64,000 nt of DNA from Infirmifilum sp. (lineage in GTDB: Archaea; Thermoproteota; Thermoprotei; Thermofilales; Thermofilaceae), in NCBI GenBank assembly GCA_041287245.1, contig JBEULP010000062.1, positions 15,634-79,633 of the forward strand, written 5' to 3'. Of this stretch, positions 27,654 through 37,631 are shown in pieces; position 1 is the first letter of the stretch, and the number at the start of each line of letters is the position of its first letter. The notes below the pieces were generated by a model, which made no database searches, was not told where the DNA came from, and saw only the letters and a list, made by a program, of their open reading frames with translations. A program made the translations under genes and the position numbers.

Positions 27654-28549
27654 ACTGCGCTAAAGCATGGAGCCCCGCCGGGCTATCAGCTATATTCGAG
27701 GCGCATCCAGTAGAGGGAGACCCTCTGCGGTCTGGAGCCCGAGGGGCCGGAGTAGCGCTAGAGAAGGGCGTAACGGCGGAGGTCTGCCTTAATAGCGGGG
27801 GAGAATACAAGAGCTATCTTAACGGTGTCAGAGGAGAACATGAAGTCGCTCTAAAGGCGGCTAGAGAAGTCGCGAGAATAGCAGGGTACAACGGCGGCCT
27901 ATCAATAAGACAGGAAGTCGAGGTTCCGATTGGCGGAGGCCTCGGCACAAGTGGCGCAAGCGCCTTGGCAGTCGCCCTAGCCACGGCAAGCCTACTAGGC
28001 TTAAAGCTGAGCTACACCGCTATAGCCAGGATAGCCCATAAGGTAGACGTCGAGGCAGGCACAGGATTAGGCACGGTATCCGGCCTCGCAGTTGGGGGCG
28101 CGTGTATAGTCCTCGAACCCGGGGCTCCTGGCTTAGACAAAGTGGATAGAATACCCGCGCCCCAGGACGCACTAGTAGTTGTAGGCTTCTTTGCACCTAT
28201 AAAGAAATCCACCCTCCTGCGACACACAAGTCTCCAAAGGATAAACACTATAGGTAGAAGACTCATCGAGGAACTGGCCCGAGAACCTACCCTGGAAAAC
28301 CTCCAGAATGTTTCAAAACAGTTTTCCCTTGAAACACAACTAGCTACAGAAAACGTGCAAAAAGCCTATAAACAACTCCTCGAATACGGGTTCCCACATG
28401 CGGGGCAGGCAATGGTGGGGGACACGGTCTTCACAATAGTCCCGGAAGAGAAGGCTGGTAAGGCTGAAGAGATTCTTAAAAGACTAGGCGCCACGACACT
28501 AACCTCCAAGATCTCCTGGAAGCCGGCTGTACTTCTCTCAGCCGAATAA
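27650..28549 (+). CDS. GHMP kinase, pantoate kinase family
   Basis: ATG 27650 overlaps upstream TGA; GARGAG, PIGGGLGTSGA, AHKVDV..GTGLGTV, PGAPG, QAMVG. Confidence 0.8.
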   Translation: MNCAKAWSPAGLSAIFEAHPVEGDPLRSGARGAGVALEKGVTAEVCLNSGGEYKSYLNGVRGEHEVALKAAREVARIAGYNGGLSIRQEVEVPIGGGLGTSGASALAVALATASLLGLKLSYTAIARIAHKVDVEAGTGLGTVSGLAVGGACIVLEPGAPGLDKVDRIPAPQDALVVVGFFAPIKKSTLLRHTSLQRINTIGRRLIEELAREPTLENLQNVSKQFSLETQLATENVQKAYKQLLEYGFPHAGQAMVGDTVFTIVPEEKAGKAEEILKRLGATTLTSKISWKPAVLLSAE

Positions 28550-28606
28550 CCCCTGGGAATAACCCTTCACCTTGCTTTCCCCTATGAGACCAGGCAACAA
28601 GATGAC

Positions 28607-28946
28607 AAAACGAAGCAAGCCTCGCCCCTTTATGGGGGTTTCTAAGCCCCGGATACGGTGGGTTCCGTGGGGCCTCGTGCGGGGAAACTCGTCTAAGTGG
28701 TATGGTCAAGCCTCGGCTGTGCCCCCCGCACGCGCACGCATATCCCCGAGTCCCAGAGAAGCGGGGTCCTCTCCCACCAAGGGATAGGGGTAAAGGGCTT
28801 AAGGCCAAGCCCGCGGTCCACCGCTAGACGAGCCGGGGGTGGCGTAAGCCACCAGCAATGAGGCAATGAAAGTGAAGACGGCAAACCACAAACCAATGAC
28901 CCCCCCAAAGGGAACACCCGCCCCTTCAGGCCGGGGAGGAGGTCAG
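28607..28946 (+). mobile_element. 340-bp internally deleted IS200/IS605 element retaining the 3' (omegaRNA) region
   Basis: TGAC|AAAACGAAGCAAGCCTCGCCCC left end; ACCACAAACCAATGA...CCGCCCCTTCAGGCCGGGGAGGAGGTCAG right end. Confidence 0.8.
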
Positions 28947-28997
28947 ACGTGGGGGAATGGATTTATTGAGGGTTTACAGGTTTTGTAGGGGGTTGCA

Positions 28998-29279
28998 GTG
29001 GCTGGTAAGGTGCGTGCACACATCTATGTCTCAGGCCTAGTACAAGGTGTTTTCTTCCGCGCCTCTATGCAGGAGGTAGCACGGGACCTAGGTGTCACAG
29101 GGTGGGTTCGCAACTTGCCAGATGGTAGGGTTGAGGCGGTGTTGGAGGGGGAGGAGGAGAGCGTAAAGAAGGTTATAGAGTGGGCTCGTAGGGGTCCTCC
29201 TCTGGCTAGGGTTGAGGAGGTTAAGGTCGTCTGGGAGGAGTACAAAGGCGAGTTCAACGACTTCTACATTAGGAGGTGA
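28998..29279 (+). CDS. acyP: acylphosphatase
   Basis: [23 protein letters not shown]. Confidence 0.95.
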   Translation: MAGKVRAHIYVSGLVQGVFFRASMQEVARDLGVTGWVRNLPDGRVEAVLEGEEESVKKVIEWARRGPPLARVEEVKVVWEEYKGEFNDFYIRR

Positions 29280-30484
29280 GGCGATTGAGGCAGCTTCACA
29301 GCGTATCGATGGTTCTCGGGGAGGCTCTGAAGTATCTTAAGCCGCCCGGAGAGCTAGAGGTACCTGTCGACTCCGCCCTCGGCATGTACTCTGCTGAAAC
29401 ACTTTTTTCTTCCTTCAAGCTGCCACCTGCTCCGAAGAGCGTCGTCGACGGCTTTGCCGTCAGAGCTGTCGACGTTGAGGCTGCTTCACAGAACTCCCCA
29501 GTGGCTCTGAAGCTTCGAGCGGAGGTCTTAAGGCCTCTCGGCAGGCCGGGGTTTTCGCTAAGCGCTGGGGAAGCTGTGAGGGTTGAAACCGGCTCGTTGC
29601 TGCCCGAGGGCGCTGATGCTGTTGTCCCTGTCGAGGATACCTTCGTAGAGAACGGCAAGGTCTTTGTCCTTAAACGCCTAGCGGCCTACGAGAATGTCTC
29701 CCTACCCGGGGAAGAGTACGATGAGGGGCTTACCATTGTAAGGAGGGGAGAGAGGTTGAAGCCTCAGAGTATAGCCGCCTTGATTTTGGAGGGTAGAGAG
29801 AGACTGAGAGTATTCGACACCTCTGCGAGAATCCTCAACATAGGTGATGAGATAGTTGGGGGGACTTTCTTCCGTCCTTTCACACATTTGTTCGTCAAGG
29901 CGTGGCTTGAAGAACACGGGTTCCGCGTAAATGAGGTCTCGCTCGCCCCTGACGATCCGGACAAGGTTTACTCGTGGATCGAGAGGGGTGGGGCCTACCT
30001 GCACGTTTTGCTCGGCGGGACCTCGATGGGCGGCCACGACTTAACTGTGAAGGCTGTTGAGCGCCTCGGTGCTGAGTATCTCGTCCACGGGTTTGCGGTG
30101 CAGCCCGGGAAGACGGCTTGCCTGGCAGTGTGGAACGGCGCGCCGGTTCTAGCTATGAGCGGGCTACCTGTGGCAGCAATGTCAACTCTTGAAATAGTTC
30201 TGAAGCCCCTGCTTACCCGCTTAGGGCTAGAGCTACCAGAATATCCGAAGGTTAGAGCCGTGCTGACAAGACGTGTCTCCGTGAAGATGGGTGTTACGGG
30301 CTTCGCGCGTGTCAGGGTTTACAGGTGCGAGGCGGGGTTCTGCGCTGAGCCCGTTATGCTCGGAGGCTCAGGGTCTCTGACTAGCCTTCTAAGGGGGAAT
30401 GGCTTCGTGATCGTCCCCGAGGGTGTTGAAGGCTACGAGGCGGGTGAGACGGTTGAGGTTCATCTTATAAGAGGTGTAGAGTAG
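29276..30484 (+). CDS. moeA: molybdopterin molybdotransferase MoeA
   Basis: [38 protein letters not shown]. Confidence 0.88.
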   Translation: MRRLRQLHSVSMVLGEALKYLKPPGELEVPVDSALGMYSAETLFSSFKLPPAPKSVVDGFAVRAVDVEAASQNSPVALKLRAEVLRPLGRPGFSLSAGEAVRVETGSLLPEGADAVVPVEDTFVENGKVFVLKRLAAYENVSLPGEEYDEGLTIVRRGERLKPQSIAALILEGRERLRVFDTSARILNIGDEIVGGTFFRPFTHLFVKAWLEEHGFRVNEVSLAPDDPDKVYSWIERGGAYLHVLLGGTSMGGHDLTVKAVERLGAEYLVHGFAVQPGKTACLAVWNGAPVLAMSGLPVAAMSTLEIVLKPLLTRLGLELPEYPKVRAVLTRRVSVKMGVTGFARVRVYRCEAGFCAEPVMLGGSGSLTSLLRGNGFVIVPEGVEGYEAGETVEVHLIRGVE

Positions 30485-32439
30485 TGGGGGAGAGGAAGAT
30501 ATACAGGAGCCTCGTGAGAGTGGATGAAGTACTAAGGATTCTCGAGTCTTACAGGCCACTAGAGCCATTGGGCGAGGAGGAGGTTAGCCTAACTGAGGCA
30601 TTAGGCCGCGTCCTAAGCAGGCACGTTTTCTCGCCTATAGACTACCCTCCGTACACCAGGGCCCTCGTCGACGGTTACGCGGTTATAAGCCAGGATCTCG
30701 TAGGAGTTTACGAGGATAGGCCCCGCACGCTTCGCCTCGTAGGTAAGGTCTCCACAGGGGAGACGAGACTACTGAGGATAGGGCCCGGGGAGACGGTTGA
30801 GGTATCGACGGGCGCTGTTCTCCCATACCCGGCTGACGCGGTGGCATACATCGAGTATACGCAGGCAATCGGGGACAGCGTCACCTTCTACAGGAGCGTT
30901 TCGCGGGGAGATAACATCGACATGGCGGGTTCGGACATAGCGAGGGGTGAGATCGTTGCGTGGAAAGGCGATATTGTAACACCATTGGTCGTTTCAGCGC
31001 TGGCGGCTACAGGGGTGAGTAAGGTATGGGTCTACAAGCGTGCCAATGTGGGTATTATACCCACTGGGAACGAGATCCGCAGCCCCGGTGAAAGGCTGGA
31101 GTACGGCCAGTTATACGACTCGAACTCCTACATGGTTTACAGCCTATTGAAGCTTCTCGGCGCTAGGCCAAGAGTATATGAGAGGGTTCCTGACGATCTG
31201 GCAGCTATAGAAGAGACTCTGCACAGGGCACTTAGCGAGAACGACGTGGTGGTGACTATAGGGGGCACGAGTGCCGGCCTTGAAGACTATACGTTCCGAG
31301 CAATGTCGAAGCTGAGCCCCGGGATAATCGTCCACGGCGTGCGCGAAAAGCCCGGGAGACCCCTTGTCGTCGCTCTCCACGGCGAAAAGATAATCTTCGG
31401 GCTCCCAGGCTTTCCAATGTCATGTCTACTAGCGGCGAACCTATACCTCTTACCCGTCGTAGCCAGGCTGCAAGGCCTTAAGCTGGACACGACGTCTACC
31501 TTCAAGGCTGAGATAACACTCCCCATCAAGAACGAGCCGGGGATAAGGTATTTCGTCCCAGCGGTCTTGAAGCAGGAGGGGGGAGTCTACAAGGCGTTCC
31601 CGCTTCCTGGGCACAGCGGGAGAGTGTCGTCGATGGTACTGTTCGACGGCTTCATCGTGGTTAAGGAAGAGGATGAGTATCTGCCTCAGGGGTCCAAGGT
31701 AGAGGTCATGCCCAACCCCTTTTCAAAGCCTTACGAGGTGAATATTATTGGGAGTCACGACCCGCTTCTACAGGAGATCGTCGGGGGGCTGCCCCAAGGC
31801 GTTGTTAGGATGGTGAACGTGGGGAGCACCGCTGGGCTCCAGGCTGTGAAGAGCGGAGTGGGAGACATAGCCGGGACGCATCTGCTGGACCCTGCAACCG
31901 GAGAGTACAACTTGCCGTATCTAAAACAGTATGGGATAACAGGGGCTGTGTTGGTGCGTGGGTACCTACGTGAGCAGGGCTTCGTGTTTAGACACGAGAT
32001 AGGCAGCGTAGAGTCCCTTCTAGAAGTCGTGTCAAGGGGGTTGAGCTTTGTTAACAGAAACCCCGGGAGCGGTACTAGGGTTCTAATCGACAAGATGCTA
32101 GAAGAAGAGTCTAGACGGAGTGGGGTCGATCTTGAAGAGATCAAAAAGAACCTCAAGGGCTACACTTTTGAGGTTAAGACACACGAGGCTGTCGCATACC
32201 TAGTCTCACAGGGGGTTGCAGATGTAGGCGTAGCGCTAAGGTTCGTAGCTGAGAAGTACGGCCTAGCCTTCAAGAGCCTTACATGGGAAAGGTATGACCT
32301 CCTTGTCAACGCTAAATCGCTCTCAAACCCCAGGGTTCGCAGCATAATAGAGAGGGTTAAAAACCTGACCCGAGAAGACCTCGAGGCCTACGCGGGTTAC
32401 AAGGTCGATGGCGAGACAGGGAAAGAGATAACGTTTTAG
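30484..32439 (+). CDS. moeA: MoeA fused to periplasmic-binding (PBP) domain
   Basis: ALVDGYAV, TGNE, GGTSAG, KPGRP, GLPGFP; C-terminal GSHD, AGTHLLD, VNRNPGSGTR. Confidence 0.9.
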   Translation: MGERKIYRSLVRVDEVLRILESYRPLEPLGEEEVSLTEALGRVLSRHVFSPIDYPPYTRALVDGYAVISQDLVGVYEDRPRTLRLVGKVSTGETRLLRIGPGETVEVSTGAVLPYPADAVAYIEYTQAIGDSVTFYRSVSRGDNIDMAGSDIARGEIVAWKGDIVTPLVVSALAATGVSKVWVYKRANVGIIPTGNEIRSPGERLEYGQLYDSNSYMVYSLLKLLGARPRVYERVPDDLAAIEETLHRALSENDVVVTIGGTSAGLEDYTFRAMSKLSPGIIVHGVREKPGRPLVVALHGEKIIFGLPGFPMSCLLAANLYLLPVVARLQGLKLDTTSTFKAEITLPIKNEPGIRYFVPAVLKQEGGVYKAFPLPGHSGRVSSMVLFDGFIVVKEEDEYLPQGSKVEVMPNPFSKPYEVNIIGSHDPLLQEIVGGLPQGVVRMVNVGSTAGLQAVKSGVGDIAGTHLLDPATGEYNLPYLKQYGITGAVLVRGYLREQGFVFRHEIGSVESLLEVVSRGLSFVNRNPGSGTRVLIDKMLEEESRRSGVDLEEIKKNLKGYTFEVKTHEAVAYLVSQGVADVGVALRFVAEKYGLAFKSLTWERYDLLVNAKSLSNPRVRSIIERVKNLTREDLEAYAGYKVDGETGKEITF

Positions 32440-32463
32440 AGCGCCTAGTAAGCCGCTCGAAGG

Positions 32464-33237
32464 CTAAACTGAAACTTTCTCTAAAACAGCGCTGCGCGTA
32501 AGCCCGGAGAGAAGCTCGTAGTACCGTGAGGCAAAATCTCCGTCAACCTTCCACTCGCCGACAACCCTGCCCAAGAAGAGAATAGCCGCCCTCTTTGCCA
32601 CCCTCTGCGCCTGGGCCGGGTCGTGCGTAACGATAACTATGCTCATCTCCCTCGACAGCTCCCGTATCACCTCTTCAATCTTCGCCGCGTTCACCGGATC
32701 CAGGTTCGCCGTAGGTTCATCCATAAGGAGGATTCGCGGCCGGAGCGCTAGAGCCCTCGCAATACACAGCCTCTGCTGCTGCCCCCCGCTCAGCGTGGAC
32801 GCCGGCTCCCGCAGGCGATCCTTAACCTCTTCCCATAGGGAAGCCTTCTCTAAAGCCCATCTCACGGTGTTTTCTAGCGCCCTACCCTTAGAGATGCCGT
32901 GCAGCCTAGGACCTATAGCTACGTTGTCAAAAATGCTTAAGTGCGGGAAGGGGTTAGGGATTTGGAACACCATCCCCACGATCTGCGAGAGTTGCTCGGG
33001 GCTTGCAGAATTGCTGTAGACATTCTGGCCGTATACCTCAACCACACCCTGCACCCTGCCGCCTCTCAGTGTTACAAGCCGGTTTATGGTTCTGAGAAGC
33101 GTGGACTTCCCGCAACCCGAAGGTCCCATGACCGCATAGACTTCTTTCTCGGGTATCCTCAGGTTTACGTTGAACAATACCTGTTTCTCGCCGAACCAGA
33201 CGTTCACATTCTCCATGCGTATTGCTAGCCGGCTCAT
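32464..33237 (-). CDS. pstB: phosphate ABC transporter ATPase
   Basis: GPSGCGKST, FQIPNPFP, LSGGQQQRLCIARAL. Confidence 0.88.
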   Translation of the reverse strand: MSRLAIRMENVNVWFGEKQVLFNVNLRIPEKEVYAVMGPSGCGKSTLLRTINRLVTLRGGRVQGVVEVYGQNVYSNSASPEQLSQIVGMVFQIPNPFPHLSIFDNVAIGPRLHGISKGRALENTVRWALEKASLWEEVKDRLREPASTLSGGQQQRLCIARALALRPRILLMDEPTANLDPVNAAKIEEVIRELSREMSIVIVTHDPAQAQRVAKRAAILFLGRVVGEWKVDGDFASRYYELLSGLTRSAVLEKVSV

Positions 33238-34079
33238 GCGAACTTCACCTCCCCTACAAGGGCTCGTGTGGCTGTGGAGAGTAAAACCGAGGATATGAAG
33301 AGGATGGTGCTCGCAGCCCAGGCCAGGAGTCTAAGGTTCTCGAACGGGGTTTGCGCGAACCTGTATATTACCAGGGAGAGTGTGTTCGACGGGCCTGTAA
33401 GTCCGTAAAACCCGTATAATGCAAAGCCTGCAGTTAAGAGAACAGGCGCCGTCTCGCCTAGAGCCTTCATCAGTCCCAGGAGAATTCCCGCTGCTATACC
33501 TGTCCTGCCCATGGGTACAAGCACAAGCCAGACGGTCTTCCACCTCGGAGCTCCTAGAGAGTATGCAGCCTCACGGTAGGCTTCCGGTATGGAACGTATC
33601 GACTCTCTCACCTGAGTGGTAATGAAGGGCAAAATCGCGATAGCAAGGGCGATGGATCCAGCTATGAGTGAGTAACCGCCCAATGGGAGACACACCACTG
33701 TGAACACGAAGAGCCCTATGAGGACTGTTGGAATTTCAGAGAGCATCTGAACCATATTGGATGTAAAGCTGGCGAGCCTACCGGAGCGCTCCTCACCCAA
33801 GTATACACCCACCGCCAGGCTTACAGGCGTCGCCAGAGCCACAGCCAAGACTACCATTACAGTGGTATTCAGCAATATTGGCCCCAAGCCTCCGACCTCT
33901 CCCTCCGGGGGGCCTGGGGCTTGAACCAGAAGACCAGCCCCGCTGCTGATAAACGCCGGCAAGCTTTTGACTATTGAGGAGAGGGCGACGTGGAGTATAA
34001 ACCCTGCGAAGAGGAGTGTAGAAACCGTGGTGAAGGCCATGAAGAGCCTGTCAAGGAGTACCCATCTAGAGCCCAACAC
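33234..34079 (-). CDS. pstA: phosphate ABC permease
   Basis: IPTVLIGLF, REAAYSLGA, ALGETAP. Confidence 0.88.
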   Translation of the reverse strand: MLGSRWVLLDRLFMAFTTVSTLLFAGFILHVALSSIVKSLPAFISSGAGLLVQAPGPPEGEVGGLGPILLNTTVMVVLAVALATPVSLAVGVYLGEERSGRLASFTSNMVQMLSEIPTVLIGLFVFTVVCLPLGGYSLIAGSIALAIAILPFITTQVRESIRSIPEAYREAAYSLGAPRWKTVWLVLVPMGRTGIAAGILLGLMKALGETAPVLLTAGFALYGFYGLTGPSNTLSLVIYRFAQTPFENLRLLAWAASTILFISSVLLSTATRALVGEVKFA

Positions 34080-34953
34080 TGGTCACCTTTCTAACCCTTT
34101 CCACGAGCCTAAGCCCTAGTAGGATGAAGAGGGTGTTAATCACGAGCATTACGAAGGCGGCAGCATAGAGGGCGCTGAACATGTATCTGTAAAGCGCGGC
34201 CTCTGAGATATAGTTCACAATAACGCTTGAAACGGTGACCCCTGGCTCGAACGGGGAGATGGCGAGATTGAAGGAATTACCCACGACCATCGAGACTGCT
34301 GTCGTTTCCCCTATACATTTGCCGAATGCCAGGAGTAGAGCCCCCAGGACTGCTCCTCCAATCATCCGAAAGTTTACCCAGAATCTGTCGAAGCCATAGG
34401 CACCTAGACTGTGGAGCGCCTCGATGTAGGTAAAGGGTATGGCGCGGTAAGCCTCCCCAACTATTAAGGTGATGTAGGGTAGATTCATCAATGCCAGGAC
34501 GATCCCAGCCGACATGATTGACTGACCTGTGGGCGACGCTCCAGGGAGGTTTAGGAGAGCGGACACCACTCTAATCATCGGAGTGATGAACTCTAACCCC
34601 CACAGACCGTAGAGCACTGTGGGGATGGATGCTGAATAAAACGTCAGGCTTTGTAGGAAATCTCGCACCTGCTGTGGAGCATACTCATAGGTAAAGGCCA
34701 CGATTCCTATAGAAAGCGGAAAAGCTATCAGGATGGCTATGCCAGAGGTGTATAATGTCCCCCATAGTGCAGGAAGAACCCCATAGTATTCCTCTGTTGC
34801 CGACCACCTGGTCGAAAGCAAAAAGGAGGCTCCTTCACGTGTCAAAACAGGTATTGAGAAATAGACCATGACCGCGAAAAGTCCCACTAGTAGGGCGATA
34901 GTCAATCCTACAAAGGGAAGCGTTGTCAGTGTTAAAGTATCACTTCCTCTCAT
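34066..34953 (-). CDS. pstC: phosphate ABC permease
   Basis: GTLYTS, IPTVLYGLWG, GETTAVSMVVGN. Confidence 0.88.
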   Translation of the reverse strand: MRGSDTLTLTTLPFVGLTIALLVGLFAVMVYFSIPVLTREGASFLLSTRWSATEEYYGVLPALWGTLYTSGIAILIAFPLSIGIVAFTYEYAPQQVRDFLQSLTFYSASIPTVLYGLWGLEFITPMIRVVSALLNLPGASPTGQSIMSAGIVLALMNLPYITLIVGEAYRAIPFTYIEALHSLGAYGFDRFWVNFRMIGGAVLGALLLAFGKCIGETTAVSMVVGNSFNLAISPFEPGVTVSSVIVNYISEAALYRYMFSALYAAAFVMLVINTLFILLGLRLVERVRKVTSVGL

Positions 34954-35070
34954 TTTCTTCAGCCTATATAAATATATAGCTTCTTATAAAACTTTCGTTC
35001 TAATATGTAGTATGTCTACAATAAATATAGAAAAAATAATAATTCATTTAAAAATATATTCGTAAAAAAC

Positions 35071-36207
35071 TTATTTCCTCCCTAAAAGCTCATTTGCAAC
35101 TTTGAGACCTGCGTCCACAAAGGGCCCTGAAATGGGAGCATAACCCTCGATAATGTTCCCCGGCTTCTGTCCCTCGGTGAAGACCCACTTTAGGAACAAG
35201 CCTAACGCCAATGCTTTTTCCCTTGGATACTTGTCAGGGGCTTTTACGATAACATAAGTAGGCGTGACAATCGGGTATGCACCGCTAGCCCTAACGTTAA
35301 GCATCTGTGATAGCAAGTCATACTTGCTTACGTCGGCTGAAGGGTCATAGGATATGGAAACCCCGCCTGCAGCTTTTGAAACAGACTCAGGGGTGGGAGC
35401 GACGTATTCCCCAACCGCGTTTTCTAGCAATGCCACTTGCAAGCCCTTAGTGTATGCCAGCTCGACATAACCCATGGAATAGGGCGTGCTCTTAACAGCT
35501 TGAGCCACTCCCGGGTTTCCCTGCCCCCCAATACCTCTGCCTTGCGCGTCTAGAGGCCAGTTAACGGTTAATCCAGCCCCTACCTTACTCTTCCACTCGC
35601 CAGATATTTTAGAGAGAAAAGTTGTGAAAACCGCATTGGTCCCGCTTGCGTCGCTTCTGTGAACGAATATGATTTTCTGGTGCGGTAGGCTTAGGCCGGG
35701 ATTGAGAGACTTGAGCATAGGGTCGTCCCAGTATTCTATCTGACCCAAGAGGATTTTAACGAGAGCCTCCTGCGACAGTCTAAGCTGTTTGCCACCAAGC
35801 TCTGGAATGTTGTAAACGATTGCTATCCCCCCTACAAGCCACGGTAGCTGGTAAACCTTGCCGTACTTTTCTGTAGCGGCTGCCCATTTGTCAGACGCGA
35901 GGGGCACGTCGCTTCCGGCAAAGTCTACAATGCCTGAGAGAAAATCGGTCTGCCCCTTTCCGCTACCCCCTCCTGCGTACTCGATCCTTATCTTAGGGTA
36001 TGCTGCGCTAAACTTTTGAACCCAAGCGTTTATCTGTGGCTGCGGGAATGTTGCGCCGCTCCCGCTCAAAAGGGCTGAGACTTCCTGGATGTTTGGCTGG
36101 TTTTGAAGGTATATCACGCCTGCAGCTATGAGAACCAGTGCTAGAACTGCAGCATTAACAATTATCTCGCTTTTTGTAAACTTGAGCTGCATTTGGATCG
36201 GTTTCAT
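35071..36207 (-). CDS. pstS: phosphate-binding protein
   Basis: GSGATFP, GSGKG, DFAGSD, HRSDASGT, GYVE. Confidence 0.92.
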   Translation of the reverse strand: MKPIQMQLKFTKSEIIVNAAVLALVLIAAGVIYLQNQPNIQEVSALLSGSGATFPQPQINAWVQKFSAAYPKIRIEYAGGGSGKGQTDFLSGIVDFAGSDVPLASDKWAAATEKYGKVYQLPWLVGGIAIVYNIPELGGKQLRLSQEALVKILLGQIEYWDDPMLKSLNPGLSLPHQKIIFVHRSDASGTNAVFTTFLSKISGEWKSKVGAGLTVNWPLDAQGRGIGGQGNPGVAQAVKSTPYSMGYVELAYTKGLQVALLENAVGEYVAPTPESVSKAAGGVSISYDPSADVSKYDLLSQMLNVRASGAYPIVTPTYVIVKAPDKYPREKALALGLFLKWVFTEGQKPGNIIEGYAPISGPFVDAGLKVANELLGRK

Positions 36208-36367
36208 AACTAAATAGTTCTATATAAGTTTTTCCCCTTTCTATCTAGATTAGTTTTTTCGTATTGAAACCTATATAGAAGAAATAGAGTTTAATCAAAC
36301 GGCTCTCCTCAAGGATTGAGAACAAGAATAGTGAGAAGTCTCGGTTCGTCGCCGCGAAACTAATGAC

Positions 36368-36411
36368 AAAACGAGGCAAGCCTCGCCCTTTTAGGGCGGG
36401 GAGGAAGTCAG
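36368..36411 (+). mobile_element. 44-bp single-hairpin IS200/IS605 mini-element
   Basis: TGAC|AAAACGAGGCAAGCCTCGCCCTTTTAGGGCGGGGAGGAAGTCAG. Confidence 0.82.
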
Positions 36412-36434
36412 AGCTAAGGGAGAGGCGGCCATGC

Positions 36435-37058
36435 CTAGGATGTTCCTTGTCCTCGGCATCTTCTCTCGGCTGTCTCCACGTCCTTTTCAGTGTTCACGTT
36501 CAGGAATTCTATTTCAGGATTATCAGTCAAGCTCCGTATGTCGATATACCTTGTCCTCAATCTCTGAAGTACTGAGGCTACTCGTATATCCATCCTGTCG
36601 AGCCTTTTTAGCTCCTCGCTAAGGACAGCACGTCTGTATACTGCTATTAGAGGCTCAACATAACCGTTGGGCCATAAGGGCACCACGGCGTCGACCGCCT
36701 CGTCAAGCGCTTCCTGAAGCCTTTTTAGCGTGAGACCAGTTATAAAGGGGGTGTCCGCTGGCACAACAGTGAGTATGGTATTTTTAGAGTGAAGGGTGGC
36801 TGTGTAGAGACCTGTCAGTGGAGAATATACCTCTGCTGCGTCCCTTAGTATCACGGTTTCAACTTGAAATTTCCTGAGTAGAGGGGACACAAGCCTCTCC
36901 TGCTCTTCGGTATGTACGACCACTAGGATTTTCTGAAAAAAGGGACTTGTATTCTCAATAACTCTTGCTAAGAGGGGCTTCCCGCAGATCGGGAGCAATG
37001 GTTTATAGACGCCTTTTAGCCTTCTTGCCGCACCGCCAGCTAGTATAGCGATCTCCAA
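36435..37058 (-). CDS. mobA: molybdenum cofactor guanylyltransferase
   Basis: ILAGG..RRL..K, PLTG, ADTPF, EPLIAVY, FLNVNT..D. Confidence 0.88.
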   Translation of the reverse strand: MEIAILAGGAARRLKGVYKPLLPICGKPLLARVIENTSPFFQKILVVVHTEEQERLVSPLLRKFQVETVILRDAAEVYSPLTGLYTATLHSKNTILTVVPADTPFITGLTLKRLQEALDEAVDAVVPLWPNGYVEPLIAVYRRAVLSEELKRLDRMDIRVASVLQRLRTRYIDIRSLTDNPEIEFLNVNTEKDVETAERRCRGQGTS

Positions 37059-37126
37059 AGAATCACCCTATTTAGCATGATAAATCTCTAGGAAATATTT
37101 AAGTTATAAGCAACGTCCTATTCATC

Positions 37127-37549
37127 GTGGAGCGTTATATTGAGCGTGCAGCGGGAGCGTTAATTACACTTCTCGAGGTACTCATAGCCGTTCTTCTTGC
37201 TGTTGCGGTGATACTCTCCTTGTCCAAGCTTGGGGGCGATGCGGTAAGGCTCGCAGCTGAGGCCAGATTCGACAGGCAGAGCTTTGTAACTTTCCTCGAC
37301 GAAGCCCTCCTGATGATAGTAGCCGTAGACCTTATGCGAACCCTTGTCGGCGGCATAGTGGAGAAGAAAATCTCGGTCATTGTGGTTCTCGAGGCAGCAC
37401 TAATATTCATTATCAGGGAGATAATAACAATGGAGCTCAAAGAGGTTTCAGATATTCGACTCATACTCTATATAGTTGTCTTTACAGCACTATTCGTAGC
37501 CTGGCTTTTCTCAAAGAAGATAAACATCGGCTCTAGCGACGAAGTATAG
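37127..37549 (+). CDS. PsiE-family membrane protein
   Basis: Four TM segments; LEAALIFIIREII pattern. Confidence 0.7.
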   Translation: MERYIERAAGALITLLEVLIAVLLAVAVILSLSKLGGDAVRLAAEARFDRQSFVTFLDEALLMIVAVDLMRTLVGGIVEKKISVIVVLEAALIFIIREIITMELKEVSDIRLILYIVVFTALFVAWLFSKKINIGSSDEV

Positions 37550-37631
37550 GTCAAAGTTTTTCCCATCCCCTGGGAGCCCCATCTATCCCCCTGTGCTTCG
37601 ACTTCCAGGCTGCTCGCGTCCCAGCTGAGCA

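Noticed and set aside
28476..28917. Short ORFs across the 340-bp element (also 14447-14659 and 36363-36575)
   Set aside because: They lie within non-coding IS remnants and have non-protein-like composition
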